From Guillardia theta CCMP2712 (taxonomy: Eukaryota; Protista; Cryptophyta), in assembly GCF_000315625.1 (NCBI RefSeq), contig NW_005434662.1, forward strand, positions 979,855 to 1,039,839: a DNA stretch of 59,985 bases, read 5' to 3'. The notes beneath the pieces were generated by a model. It worked only from the letters and a program-made list of their open reading frames with translations. It was not told the DNA's origin and ran no database searches. Both the position numbers and the translations under genes were made by a program. Shown piece by piece: positions 25,807 to 39,650 of this stretch (positions within the stretch are counted from its first letter, which is position 1; each line of letters opens with the position of its first letter).

Positions 25807-26177
25807 TGCTCTTGTTCACAGGGCGCAAACTTTCGGATCTCGTACCACATCAGAGCGTCTGCTGGGGCAGAACATGCGCATGACGTGAGGCAGAGACGAG
25901 GAACAGCGAGCCTCTCCTGCAGTCAGCCTGCTGCCATCAGGATCATGGCCATCTCTTCAACTCTCCTCCTCCTCCCTGCGCCTCCTGCTCCTCTCCCCCC
26001 GTCCATCCCACACTGAATTTTGAGATTGGCCCCCCTCTCGTCGCACAAAAAGTGACGGTTATCCGAAGGATCATGTTTAACCGATATTGTAACGGAATCC
26101 AACGGTGCCCAGAAATAGATTATGGTGGCGAAAGAAGAGTTTGTTCCGAATGTTAGCAGTGGAGAGAGCACAGGAAA

Positions 26178-26393
26178 GATGAGATGAGATGAGATGAGAT
26201 GAGATGAGATGAGATGAGATGAGATGAGATGAGATGAGATGAGATGAGATGAGATGAGATGAGATGAGATGAGATGAGGTGAGATGAGGTGAGATGAGGT
26301 GAGATGAGGTGAGATGAGGTGAATTGAGATGAGATGAGATGAGATGAGATGAGATGAGATGAGGTGAGGTGAGATCAGATCAGATCAGATCAG
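26178..26393. repeat. (GATGA)n pentamer array with GAGGT and GATCA variant blocks
   Basis: Seen directly, between divergent genes. Confidence 0.95.
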
Positions 26394-26649
26394 AAGACAG
26401 AACAGGCGAGAGGATGAAAAGAGAAGAGGATGGGGAGAGAGGTGAGCAGGAAAGATAAGAAAAGAAGTAGGGAAGGATTTTCAAAAAAAACCATTCGATT
26501 ATGAAAATTCTACATGTCATCAATGCAGCTCAAAACTTGCGATGGTAGATGAATGAATGATTCGAGGCAAGACGCGTGGTTTCTGCGATGACTGACCTGT
26601 ATGCTCTTAGTTCCAGATGAATTGATCGAAGTGATTCGCCATCAATAGC

Positions 26650-28236
26650 ATGTCTTTGAACGAGGCCTCCAGCTTCGAGCGCGTTGTCCCTCAAGTTCAA
26701 CTTCATCGAAATGACAGGAGCTCTCTCCGGAGGCAGATCAGCTTGGCTGTGGCAGGCGTCATGATATGCCTGACCTTGCCTCTCCTCTTGAGCGGCAGCG
26801 GCAACTACAAGCACAGGAGTAACGAACTCTTATCGTGGAGCAACAGCTTTGATGACGGGACCGGGATCCTCTCCGGGCAGCAGCATGGCGTCACGAGGAC
26901 CATCGTCTCCTGCGATGCTGATGACCCCAGCTGCTCATTCATTGTCTCCCCGGAGGACTACGCACACGGCAAGTGGGTCAGCACCAAGGGAGAGCCGTCG
27001 CATGAGAAATACGTACAGGTAGCTGCTGATGCTCCTCCTTCCTTGCTTCTCATCTCCTCCTCATCCTCCTCCTCCTCATCCTCCTCATCCTCCTCCAGAT
27101 CCGCAAGGATCGCCTGCAACCATCGTCCTATGAGGACGACATCGACCTGGGCCCAGCTGCTGGTGAGTGCGAGGGCTGAGAAGAAATGGTGTGACGGGTA
27201 AGGGCAGGGATTTCACGAAGCGACGTGAACGGGAACTTCATCAAGTGGAAGGGGTTGAGGAACGTCAAGAGCGGAGCAGACTTCCAGAGAGTCCGAGTGC
27301 CTGACAGGGTATCCCTACCACTCTGAAACCTTGCCGATTACTTACCTTGTCGACTCTGATAGGACTCAGACTACGCGGACAAATCCTACGACGATGTTGT
27401 GGGTCTGAGGAAGGAATGGCGCGAGCGATGGAACCCGTCTAACTACAGGAGGGAGCAAGAGTGGGAGAGGACGGAGAATCAAAGACGCGAGCCTGTCCAC
27501 AGCAGATCAACGTGGGGCAGATCAAGGAAGTGGAAGGTGAGGGAGGAGGGAGGACTATCTGTGGGTCTGCTGCTAGTATGACCAGTGAAATGCAGGGGGA
27601 TCGGTTGGAGGACGAGGAGGAGGAAAAGCTGAGGAGGGACCTTGACTCTTTGAAGAGAAACCGAGAGAAGGAGAAGCGTGAGGAGGAGACGATAACTCGC
27701 GACCTGCGAAACTTGAGGTGACTGCCATGGCAGCGCATGTCCCTCCTTCTTATGCCCCCCGCAGGCGCGAAGATGAGAATGAGCAGGATGGTGCAATTCA
27801 GGATGATGAACATAAGGAAGACGAAGGGGGAGATAAGAGCGCAGCGAGCGTTGCAGTGGAGAAGGAGGACAAGAACGAGGCGGAAAATGGGGATAACAAG
27901 GACGAGGACGAGGACAAGAAGGAGGAAGACGAGGAAAACAAGGAGGGAGGGAAGAAGAAGAACAAGGAGGGAGGGAAGAAGAAGAACAAAGAGGGAGGGA
28001 AGAAGGAGAACAAAGAGGGAGGCAACCGCCAGGATGAAGAACACAGACACGAAGGAGATGAGCGCGGGGACGAAGAGGAGAAAGGAAGTGGGAAGGATGA
28101 CGAGTCTAAGCGTGAAGACGACAATACGGAGAAGGAAGGGAGCGGCGGCGGCGGTTTAGAAATGAAGGAGGATGGGAATGCGGGGGAATCTCCCACACCG
28201 CTGTTACCTGGAGCCACATCCACTCCTGAACCTTGA
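26650..28236 (+). CDS. Hypothetical single-pass membrane protein with highly charged C-terminus
   Basis: One N-proximal hydrophobic segment (ISLAVAGVMICLTLPLLL), several short exons bounded by GT-AG, and an E/K/D-rich terminal exon. Confidence 0.6.
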
Positions 28237-28359
28237 GAGGAGGATGGTTGAGTTCGAACGGTAAAAATTCGCGAATGAACGTGTTTACAAACACTGAATT
28301 GTCATATTGCAAACTTGATGACGTGTTGCAAGGAGGGATGGACTATCCTCGTGCTCGCT

Positions 28360-30223
28360 CTAGGAGCCGAAAATCTTCTTCCACATCCAACCGCCAGAGT
28401 GAGCCTGCCAATTGAATGAGGTGGAAGACATATCGCCACTACTCCAGCATCGCAAGCTCATCCTCCCTGACCCTCTCATGCTCGAACCCCTCCCTCTCCT
28501 CACTTTGTAAGCTCCCAACGTGACCGCTCCCGTGCACGTGATTGACGACCCTTGCTTGGGCATGCTGGTATCTGCTGTCAACTCCCACGAGCTCTGCCAT
28601 GGGGTCAGCAGGAGCCCAGCTGGCAAAGACCCTCAGAGTTTCCACCTCGTCGAAGAAGCTTTCAAGCTGGGAGCTACCCGAGAAGCGGATCTCGAGGCCA
28701 TGCAGCTTGGGAAGGAGGTCAAGGTGAGCTTGGGGAGATGGATCAGCTCACCATGATCGAGATGAAGTTAGGATGCTTGTGGAACTTGTAGTTCCCGCAC
28801 CGCAGCCTTTCCTTGACCTCCTGCTCTCCCTTCAACCTCCGCTGCATGTAGCAGATAGCTCGTACCTCCAGGTCCTTTGCCAGCAGCACGATGCACTTCA
28901 TTCCGCTCTCGTCAGAGGGGACCATGCGCATGGCCGGGCCTCGAGGCAGCTTCCAGATGCCATGGGAGGACTGAGGAGGAGGAGGAGGGTCAGGTGGGAG
29001 GAGGACAGTGAAGGCGCCTCACCCGCGCTTGTCTTCCTGCGATGCGATCGAAGAGCAACTCGAAGGAAGCGACCTGAGGCCATGCCGCGCCGTAGACAAC
29101 CTCCTTGAGGAGGAGGGAGGAGGCGATCAACCGGTGGTGGGTGATCTCGTTGAAGCAGCGGAAGAGCAGCTTGCTCGGGAGGACTTCTGGATCCTTGGAC
29201 ATGACAAGGTTCACCTTGTTCAGAAGACCCTTCTTGGAGCCAGGTACAGTCACATCGTAGACGTTGTTGGAGCCGCTGTGCAGCACGAAAGGAATCTCTC
29301 GCTCTGACAACGATCGCTCGGTCGCCTTGCTCCCGATGCTGCAGGAGCTGAACTCAATGTCCTCCAACTTGGCGAAGTTGGGAAACGACCTGAGGATCAG
29401 TCAGAGGTCGAAAAAGCAGGTGGGACAGCGGGATGGGGGACGGAAGGGATAAAGGGAGGGGATAGGAAGAGAGGGGAAGGAGAGAGGGAAAGGAGAGAGG
29501 GAAGGAAGGAGAAGGGAGCACAACTGCAAACCTCATCGTTCGGATTTTCTTCACCCAGTCCTGGTCTATGGTATCCAGTTGAACCTCCACGTCATTGAGA
29601 TAAAAACTGTCTCCCTGCCGACATTTTTTCCCCAGCATGTATTCCATGAAGTTGATCAGGTCCTGCCTCACATCCTCGGATGTGCATCGCACACTGAGCC
29701 TCGATATCCCACTCGCGCATGGCAGCTCGAAGGTTTTCGCCGCCCTTCCCTCCCTGAGCCATTTCACCTCCTTATCTTCAGAACCGTGTCCTCGCTGGGA
29801 GGAAGGGAGGGCTGCAATGAACTGCTGAACCTTGACATTCTCTGCATCATCCTCTTTCATGGACCTGCTGCCTGCCTGATCCCCAACGGCTGGACGTATC
29901 CTTCCCGTCTTCGAAGATCGGCCTTGGACATCGCAAGCGCTCCTTCGAGCTGATACTGTGGAAGAGAGAGTTCTCATGTTCAGGTCATGAAGATGACCTG
30001 GCGCCGGAACAGATTTGTTTGCCACTGATGAAAATCTGCCTGCTCTGCATGATGGTGGGGCAGAGACAGAGCTGGCTGAAGTCGACCATCCTTGTTGCGT
30101 GGGAGCACCGTGAACCGAACAAACTGCCGACGGCAACGAGGTCGCAGGGCAGAAGTGACGAGAGGCCATTGTTCTGCAGCTTCCATGGAACATTCTTGCG
30201 GACGAGCCTGCCATGATCTTCAT
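28360..30223 (-). CDS. Hypothetical protein, probable mitochondrial presequence, possible VOC/glyoxalase-like C-terminal module
   Basis: The 289-aa first ORF splices into SFPNFAKLEDIEF..., MKCIVLLAKDLE..VKERLRCGNYKF and GLEIRFS. The fold call is a weak recall. Confidence 0.6.
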
Positions 30224-30806
30224 CTTGTCTCTTCTCCTTCTCCTTCCCTCGCCTTCTCCTACGCCCCCATCGCCATGCCCTTGAGACCTTGCACTACAGC
30301 ACCCCCACCCCCCCTTTTCCCCTGACCTCTACCCACGTTCCACCGTTATATCAGGACCGCTTGCTAGCATTTGGCCGGGGGTCGCCTGTTCACTCATCCT
30401 TCATCCTTCACTCAGTCATCCGGCGGGCCGCTGGGCCGCGGAGCGTCGGACACTTGCTGGAGGCTGCCGGGCAGGGGGGGCCGGCCCAAGTTGCGCCGGG
30501 GCCCGTGAGCTCACGAGTGGGCCCCCGCGGCTCAGCTGCCAGGTTGCCGGGGCGCCCGGCCCCGATCATCCGCCGCCGGGGTCCGACGGGAGTCGACAGG
30601 AACTTAATTACCAAAACTACAAGCCTTCAAGTTACAGTGACTAAGTTAAACCGTAAATTCAGACGATTAGGGCGCGATTCGCACAGAGTGGAAGGATCCT
30701 AGCTGATTGATCTAACAAATCCGGGGATCCTCCTCGTAAACACAAACAGAAGCTCCTCGGGCAAGACTCTGCGGCCGAGGAGACGAAGGCACGAGCAGCT
30801 GAGCCT

Positions 30807-31278
30807 TCACTTCCAGTTGAGGTATCTCGGATCTCCAAGGATACGTGGGGAGATCAAATGTTTCACCAAGAAACTGCGACAAGGTCGTCAGCCACCAACA
30901 TGAGCATGGCAACAGCAACTGACATGATGGCAAGGGCCACGCAAATGATGCCGACGACGATGTAGGCGATGCCTAGGAAATTGTTCTTGCCTCTGCGGTG
31001 GGAGTCAACGAGGGCAGGCGGCTCGAGAAGTACTCGCTACCCGATCCAGGAGGTCGTGGAGAGGACGAAAGTCTTGGTGCCTCCAAAGTCCTTGACGGGG
31101 AATCTGTTTTGGATGATGAGGCTGTACGTCGCTCCCGGCTTCAGCTTGTTCTGTAAACGTCTCCTGTTATCAACCGTGCTAGGAAGAGGAGGGAGAGAAG
31201 CAGAGATAGGAGGAGAGGTAGGAGGAGAGATAGGAGGAGCGAGAAGATTAGGAGGAGTTTGGGATTATCGCTGTTGTA

Positions 31279-31321
<43 letters not shown>

Positions 31322-32941
31322 TGGTGGTGGTGGTGGAGGAGGAGGAGGAACATACCGCTGGAATCTTGCGATAAAGCTTCTTGAATCTCGGCAGGGCAGC
31401 GACTCTCATCCAAACGATGAAATCCTGGCAGGAAGTGACCCCAGGGGACACGGAAGCCTACTCTCTCCTACCTCATCTGAGACATTGTGCCAGCAAAAGA
31501 AGCTGCCTTGATTTGGCAAACCAGAAGCATCCTTGACTCTGTGCCCGCACCGGTACCCTCCGCAATTGTCGGAAGTAGGACTAAGTGAACAGGTTGTCAG
31601 AGTCTGGTCGCTACTTGCAAGGCTGACACATTTGAATGACAATCACCTGATGGAATCCTTTAAATTAGGATCGAAGCCGGAGAGAGTGAAGTCATTGCCT
31701 CCGATGTACTTGCAGTTCGAAAGGATCCAGTCCCGCTCTGCACCATCGTCATCGAGTCTCTCGCCTTCAAACATCAAAGACGGACTCGGCGCGATGTACT
31801 TCTTGTCCACGTCAGACTTCCAGGCGATTCCTGATGGGTTTGTAGGACATGGGCGCCTGTAGTCGACGATCAGGCAAACTCGAAGGGCATGGAAGGGCTT
31901 CACCCATTGTTGTTGCAAGCTGTGTTGTCAGGGTTCCAATCCACGAAGTCTTTTGTCGCCGCATTCTGAAGGTAGAAGGTGTCGTTGAACATGGACACAG
32001 CGACCTTGATGTGATCAATGGCTGCAAAAGATGGCAAGGGCCATTTACCAGCCCACAAGGGTACATGTACAGTTCTTTGCTCGCGTCCTGAGGGTCTTGA
32101 AACTTATCTGCAAATCCCTGGGGACAAAACATGTCTGAGCTCGCTCCGGAAGACAGGCGCTGTTGACGGCCGGCAAGGTACCTGACACTCTGAAATGGAG
32201 GCCTTTGCTAAATCTGAGGGCTGGGTTTTTGACGAGTCAGGGAAGCCAGGCATGCTGGTACCAGCAAGTTGCTTTGCAGCACGAGACTGCACGTATTTCC
32301 TGCACGAAAGCATCAGAATCAAACGGATTAAGTTGCAGAAAAGGAGCTTGCCGATGGTTCTGATAAAAGTTGGACAATTCGTAATACACATAAACTTCAC
32401 TTGTTGCCCATTTGTCGTTTGAGGGAAGGGTGAAACTGGAAACAGGAGCTCGTCAGTGATGGCGTTGACGTGAAGCAGCGCTTACTTCAGGATGCACTCG
32501 GAATATGATGAAGCATTCCAAGACATGAAGTGATTTTCGCATTTTGCATCATACTGCAGGGACAATTCTTGAACCTTGGGTTGAGATTGTCAAAGGACCA
32601 AACAGAGGGTTTGCGTCTTCTACCTGGTTGGATGCTCCAAGTATTCCGATCGCTATTCCGATGAAAGCGACTCCAACAGCAAAGAAGGAGGAAATGACCC
32701 ACTTGGGAGTGAGAATCGGCTGCCATGCCCTCAGTCGCTGCTGCTTGAAGGCAGTGTCTGCGAGCAATGGTCAACTTGTAGATGCGCTCGAACGAGATGG
32801 TGAGATCGAGAGAGCAGGAGAGGAGAGGAGTGCGAGGACTGGTACAAGAGTAGCCCAGCTCTTCAAAGGGTATGGCATCAAAGGTGGTCCCTGCGGGGTT
32901 CACTCACCAGCTGGTCTTCTGCTGCCTGACGGCGTTGACAT
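30807..32941 (-). CDS. CDC50: CDC50/LEM3/ALIS P4-ATPase flippase beta subunit
   Basis: AFKQQRLRAWQPILTP, FYQNHR..YVQSR, YPCGL, GIAWKSD, DFIVWMRVAALPRFKKLY, STTSWIG..NNFLGIAYIVVG and PRILGDPRYLNWK*. Confidence 0.93.
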
Positions 32942-33839
32942 AGTCCTTATGCTGGAAGACAAATCTGTCCGCGATCTGTCATGACAGTGAGTCCCGATCA
33001 TCTGACACATGGAGCTTGTGGCTCTCCTCAGGAACTCGCTGCAAATTGTCTTTGGGACAGAAAGTCTCAAGGCAGAGCGTTGCAGTCAACCAAACAATCC
33101 CATTCTAGCTCCTGCTCCCGTTCACCCCATCACCAAGTCCTCATCCTCCACCACCGTCTATACCCATCCTCTCCCACTTTCCATTCATCATCAAGACGAC
33201 ATTCCTGTTCCTCCTTGCCTCAAAGTTTCCATCCTTGTCCATTCCTGTCCCCAGCCAATTGCCGTCCTCTTCTTCTCCTCCAACCCCACATGTTGCTGCT
33301 TGACAGCGAGTTACAACGCCATTGTCATTGTCTCCATCTTCTTCCTCCTCCTCTCTCGCTCCGCCTCCGCCTTCCTCCCTCCCTGCCTCACACCATCTCT
33401 CCCCGTACAGCGCCATCGCTGCCTACGGTTATCCGTGAGATTTTACTTCGAAAGTCAGGGCAGGACTTTAGTGGACGGGAGTCTCAGTCGCCGCCGGGCC
33501 GGCCCGGGCTGCCCGCCGGGCCGCCTCAGCCGGGCGGCCCACCCAGGGCGACTCTCGTGGCAGTCTTTCAGAGTCTCCGGCCATAACCGGGGCACTGGCC
33601 CAGGTCAGTGAGTCAGTGAGTCAGTGAGTACGGTCAGGCTGGTTGCGGCCGCCAGCCGCTGACTGAGCCTGTCACGGAGCGGCAAACCGGCCGGTCCCCC
33701 GCCACCCGGACTCCGATGATTTCAGGCGGGGCGGCCCGGCGGCCCGGCGCCGGGCACTTGGAGGGCTAGTCGGGTGGGCCTCATCCCATCTCATATCCTG
33801 CAGACTTCCGCGCGCTCTCGGAGGGGCTCATGGCAAAAT

Positions 33840-34140
33840 GGAAAGAAGCGAAGAAGAGAAGAAGAGAAGACAAGAAGAGAAGAGAAGAGAAGAACACAAG
33901 AACACAAGAAGGGAAGAGAACAGAAGAACAGAAGAACAGAAGAGAAGAACAGAAGAACACAAGAACACGAGAAGGGAAGAAGACAAGACAAGACAAGAAG
34001 AGAAGAACAGAAGAGAAGAGAAGAACAGTAGAGAAGAACAGAAGAAGAGAAGAGAACAGAAGAACAGAACAGAACAGAAGAAGACAAGACAAGACAAGAC
34101 AAGACACGAGAACAGAACAGAACAGAAAGGGGAGGAGAGA
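33840..34140. repeat. Purine-rich degenerate (GAAGA/GAACA/GACAA) array
   Basis: Seen directly; almost T-free on the + strand. Confidence 0.85.
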
Positions 34141-35188
34141 AAAAGATGAGAAGGAAAAGAAGCATGTTGGTGCCAGAAGGAAAAGAAGGAAAGAAATGAC
34201 AGGAGAGAATGTGGAGAGGGATGAGAGGGAGACAGTGCGATGACATCAAAACTCAAAAATACTCGAGGAAGACGGGTAAGATCGAAGGACAAACCATACA
34301 TCGACTCGAGAGGATGGTACTTTGGATATGTTAGACATTGCGGTATGCAGACATACGATAGTTGAGGCGTTTCAAATCTGTGATGCTGCGTTCGATCTTT
34401 AATGCAATTCTTCAGGCCAACATTTCTTCGTATGAGTAACCTTTAGAGATCAAGATGCCAAAGAGATCTGTGGAGAATCTCAGGCTAGAAGGCGAATTGT
34501 ACAGGCCTGTTGCTCACAGGATTCGTGATCCATTAGCGACTGGCGCAATTTTTCGGTGAGCTGAACATGACGTGGCTGTGAATGTATGTTGATCATTTTC
34601 TACGAAAGAGCATCGCCCGAGGCCCTGCGATCGCCGGTACCGAGGCTGCTTCCATCTGCATCTGCATCAGAGCGGCAATTTCATTCTCCTCTGAGCAAAG
34701 CTCAAGGTCCTGTTTGAGTTGGACTGCATCATGTGATTGAAAATGTTCAAATTGTGCAGACCAGAAGCTGCTTCAAGTAACTACAAGGTTCGATGAACTG
34801 TACAGCAAGAGTCCGACCCCCAAGGTCCTCCTTTCAAGATTGTCGGGTCTTGGACCTCAAAGGGACGAGAACAGCACGTTGAGTCCGAGCATCTCAAGGG
34901 TAAGTCTCAGAATTTAATGCAACATGCTCTGATTTCTAAGACGTGTTCCAGGAGAAGGAGATTTCCCGCATTGTTTCGCCCAGAGAAGGTGATTTCTGGT
35001 CATCTGGAAAATGGTTTTCTCAGAGATGGAATTTCTTTTACAGTCGAGAGGCTCAAAATGGACAGCTCGGGCTTTTCGACTCCTCGCAGCCGGTTGAATA
35101 TTGTGAGATTTTGAGATGAGTGTGATGTCTTTTCGATAGAAACAATACTTCAAGGGTTCTGACGCCAACCTCGGCTCAATCTCCTTCC

Positions 35189-37738
35189 ATGATGTCAGAA
35201 GACATGGAAATCATAGACGATAGCACTGAAAGGACTCCCGGAGACATTGAGTTCTTCAGTGTGCAGAAAGGTAATCAACGCTGTCTTCCATGGCAACAAC
35301 TTGACTGGAATGTTGCGTTAGAATCGAACTCGAGGCATGGTAACAAACAAGATTGGATCACTCCGAATGCAGAAGGTCATGGGTACCGGACAAGGCGATC
35401 TCAGGGAGATTCTTTGCTTTCAGAGAGATCAACCCGTGAAAGGCAGGCACACAGCAGTTCAACAAATACAAGCAGCAGTTCAACAAATACAAGAAGCACA
35501 AAGAAGGAAAACACAGTTCAATCCAGTTTCAGGGGAGGCCAGATTACGCGAGAAAATGTCAAGGTCTTGAAGAATTGGATTGTTCGGCTCAAAACAAACT
35601 CGAAAGGAGAGACGGGAGTGATAGTGGAAGGATTCCTCGCTGAGTCTTCGACGGGAATCGCCAACGTCTCTGACAGATCGTTGCAGTGGCGGACAACATT
35701 CATTCATAAACGAGAGTCAGCTCTCCGACTCCGAACAAGCAGTGGGACTGTATACAAACTGCAGGGAGCGATGGCGAAAGAGGCAGCTTCGTCGGATAAC
35801 GACCTCCCACCTGAGATCCTGAAGGAATTCAAAAACGGATTTCCCAAGAAATGGAAGGAGCTGGTCAGGCAGGCTGAAGTCATCATAGCGCTCAACTCTT
35901 TGCCGAAAACCCCAATAACTGAAGCCGAGAAGGAAGCGTTGTCTAAGAAGGGATCGGGTGCGTCGAAGGATCAAACTCCGCGCAGCAAGACTGGCGCCAA
36001 GTCGGAGCAGAAGCAGGAGATGAAAGTGCAGAGCGTCTCTGATCTCAAGTTGTCACGTAGCGGGAGGAAGCTTCAACCTCCCCGGGCCTACTGGCGTCAG
36101 GAGATTCCTGTGTATGAAACGAGTGGAGCAGAGAGAAACCTTGTTGCGGTCCTTCAAGGGTTTGAGGAGACTGTCTCCGTCAGGCCCAAATCTCCTGGCT
36201 CCAGTCGCAAGAGAACGCGTTCTGCTGTAAATGCGCAAGCCTCGAAGAAGGACTCAGCGAAGTCGACGAAGAGCGCAAAGCAGAAAATGGGCGTGAAAGG
36301 AGGAATAAGCAAATCGCAGGGGAAGGTTGGAAGAAAGGATAAGGTGATCAAAACGTCGAAAGCTGATGCTGCAAAGAAGAACTCAACTTCTAGGAGATCT
36401 CAAACCAAGCAAAGCAGAGCCGAGGGGGGCTCGAAGGATGAATCAAAATCAAAATCAAAATCAAAATCAAAATCAAAATCAAAATCAAATGATGAAACGG
36501 ACACGCAGTCATTGCAGGATGATGATGAAATCGACTTGGCGGAGATTGAGGCTCTTCTAGCTGCTGACACGCAAAGACGTGCAGGCGGCGAGGAAGCAGA
36601 CGGCAATGGGAACGAGTTGGATGGGACGGAAGAGGATGCTTGGGACGAAGAAAGCAAGGAGGCTCTCAAGGTAGCCTATCAACAGGTCAAACCTGATGCA
36701 GTGGACTTCTGGGATGAAGTGGCAAAACTTGTCCCAGGGAAGACAGCACAAGAGTGCTGCAACCAATACAACCAAGCGTTTCCCACTCCTAATGTGCTGA
36801 AAAAAAGTAAGGTCACTCGAAAGCGCGCAAGCTCCTCGCTGGAGAAGGAAGAAGGTGGAGCAGTGGGCGAGGGCGAGGGTCAGGGCGAGGGCGAAGGCGA
36901 GGGCGAGGGCGAGAAGGAGCAAGAGGTGAGTCTGGTAGAGGGACCTTGCTCTCTGTTGACTGAGCTGGCAGGAGGTCGATGGTCTTGTCCTCAAGGGGAA
37001 CAAGGGCACCAACCAGCGCAAGCGAGAGCTGCGCAGCCTCTTGACCGAGGCGGACAAGGAGCATGACGATGACATCTTCGACTCGACCCCCTTCAAGAGC
37101 ACGCCCTTCCGACAGCTCAAGAAAGCTGCCACTCTGTGGGCTCCCTCGGACGGCATCGGCGCCCCATCGCCCCTTGCTCCTCCCTCTGTACGAAACACCG
37201 TAAGGAGCAGCAGTCTTCCCAACGGAATGAGCCCAGGTGCTGAATCTCGTACAAGAGGAGGAGGGGGAGTGCGAGGGCAGAGGGAGAGGAGAGAGGTGTG
37301 TGGTCGGTGTCTCATGGGTTGACACAACAGGAGTTCTTCGAACGCCAGGGATTGAAGGGAGGAACGGAATGGATGCGTACATAGACAGGACGAGGTGAGG
37401 GAGAAGGACAGAGCGCGGGTGAGAAGCATATGATGAGCGCAACGAGCAGGGTGAGAGCGAGGACAAGGAACGCTTCCGCACGACCAGCAGCAGCAGCCTC
37501 AACCAAAGTTGCCTCTCCTACTGATGTACTCAGTTCACTTCACCCTCCCTTTCATGATTGCTTGCTGGCAGGGTCGGAAGCCTTTCATCAGCAGCAAGCA
37601 GGCGACGAGGCTGCTGGCAGCTGTAAAAGTGAGGAATACTCCTTGGGGCTCGACAGGCTGATGGTATTGCAGGAGGCGACCACCGACGAGCGAAGAGATT
37701 CGGACGAGGAGAGTGTAGCTTCGGAAGACTTGCACTAG
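35189..37738 (+). CDS. KNL2: KNL2/MIS18BP1 centromere-licensing factor (SANTA + CENP-C motif + SANT); further 5' exons possible from about 34240
   Basis: SANTA: LKNWIV..VIVEG..WRTTFI..LRTSSGTVYKLQG..EFKNGFPKKWKE. CENP-C-like motif: SRSGRKLQPPRAYW. SANT: WDEESKEAL..FWDEVAKLVPGKTAQECCNQY. Tail: GTNQRKRELRSLL..HDDDIFDSTP. Confidence 0.88.
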
Positions 37739-37973
37739 GGAGGAGGCGCAGGAGAGCGAGGGAGGAAGGGAGGGTGACGAGGATAGAAAGGGAGTAAAAG
37801 GCAGTGAGAGGCTTGATATTACATCATGGTGGCTGCAAACGGTCATGGCAGCATTAAAGGTTCAATTCGAACCTCATCTCAACGTTGAATGAAAGTAGGA
37901 GAGTTTTTGCTCGCACGCGTTGATTCACGTCATTCACTGACACGCCATCCCCCTCATGCTCTCTCTGCCTCTC

Positions 37974-38591
37974 TCATGTTTCTTCCTTGGCGTTCTTTGC
38001 CTCCCAATTCTTCTTGTGATAATCCAGTGCTTCTTTCACATAATGCAGATCCTGCTCGAATCGATAGTTGATGATTGGGATGCCCTGTCCTGACTTCAAC
38101 TGTTCCAGAATCTTCGCTTCCACCCTCTTGTACTCCTGCAACAACATGTGGGTCAGAAACTACAGATCGAGCTACCAAGAGAAGCTGATTCGATCTCTAA
38201 CCTCTTGCTCTTCCGCGCGAATCTCCTGATCCACCGCTTTGTACGCCTCCTCCTGCTCCATCCCTTGCTCCATGAGCGCCCGCCACTTCTTGATGAATCT
38301 GAAGTGCCTGGTCAACTTTCCTGTCTTTCTCGCCATTTCGTCCATCATCATGGGTTCGTCTTTGTACCCTGGGTTCCTCCTCTTATAGATCTTGAACAGG
38401 TCCTCGTCGTCAAACACCAACTTCTTGACCTTGGGGAAACGAGTCGGGATGGGAGGGGGCATGCAAATCCTCATTGGCTCGTACCAGGAAGGCTCTGGCA
38501 TCACTTTCCCCTTGAGAAGGTTTTCAACTTTGGCCAGCAGCGCTCGCCCCCCCTGAAATGCCGATCGCCCTCCTGAGCGGTATTTCCCCAT
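37974..38591 (-). CDS. MRPS23: Mitochondrial small-subunit ribosomal protein mS23-like (2 exons)
   Basis: EPSWYEPM..PP, KLVFDDEDLFKIY..NP and FIKKWRALMEQGMEQEEAY resemble the mS23/Rsm25 pattern. Confidence 0.7.
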
Positions 38592-39029
38592 CGCGGAGCG
38601 GCTTGTGCGGCAGGTTTGGATGGTTTGTTCCAAAAAGTCCATCAAATATTCAAATTTCAAAGGACCAAATTAAAACTTGCAGTCTGCGGTTTAGTTTTTG
38701 AAGCACGCCTCAGGATAACAGATAGGAAAGTAGGAGTACAGCTTGATCGAATAGTTGATAAAATATCTTTCAGAATTTGCTGCCTTAACGTGCCGCCAGC
38801 AGATGGCCGAGAAGGCACTGAGTCAAGTTCAGTGTAAAGAGCATGTCGATCATTGTTAAGTTGCATAAGAGAGACTGGGAACATCAGAGTCTTCAAGGAA
38901 AGAATCAATTCACTTTGATAAAGTACTGAAGAATAAAGAAACAATAACTACAAACTAGGTGCACCAGTCACTGGCTGAAAGAAAACTGTGCGTTATCAAC
39001 ATATCACATTCTCATCAGTTATGTCCCAC

Positions 39030-39650
39030 TCAAGGCAGGATGCTGCTAAACTCCGACGCTGAAGTTGCGGGCGTGCTTCCCGCATTCGTCTCCCTAAACT
39101 GAGCAAAGAATTCATGTAGGTTCTGTGTATGGTTGGCGTGTGCCCGGACCGCGTCTCCTTGCCTTCCTTTGCCCGACTCTGACGCATTTTGTCTCTTGTG
39201 AACATGGACAGAAAACTCACAGAAGTCCAATTTCGGGGTCCAGGCGCCCGCGCTCGATGCGATGTCAGCGACGCTGTTGGGCGACCGATCTCCCGGGGAC
39301 TTGTACGAACATTCAAACAGCTCTTCAAAGAAGCACGCCGGGGAACGGCACTCGGGGACTTCCAACTCCAGATTGTCTCGGGCGATTTCGAAGTCCGACA
39401 TCTCCTCGATCCAATGGTCTCTTGTGCTCTGATTGAACATGGAAGCTTGAAGGAATCTCACTTCTTCTCCTGTGTGTGGCAGGTCCAGAAGGGGACAGGT
39501 CCTTTCGGCACCTAGCGACCCGTGTCAACAAACGGCGGTGAAATGGGGGGTGTCAATCTCACCATCTTCGAGTTCCATGGCGAATGCGAGTTCAGACAAT
39601 GATTCCTCATGCTGAGATTCGAAATCCATTGATGATCTTCTATCAAACAT
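39030..39650 (-). CDS. Small acidic hypothetical protein
   Basis: ATG at 39650 and short exons with GTGAG donors; the stop position is ambiguous. Confidence 0.4.

Noticed and set aside
26178-26393. Interstitial telomere or centromeric satellite
   Set aside because: A short pentamer microsatellite like others in the window; not a telomere unit I recognise.
33774-34301. Hydrophobic or charged ORFs upstream of KNL2
   Set aside because: They are translations of a purine-rich low-complexity array.
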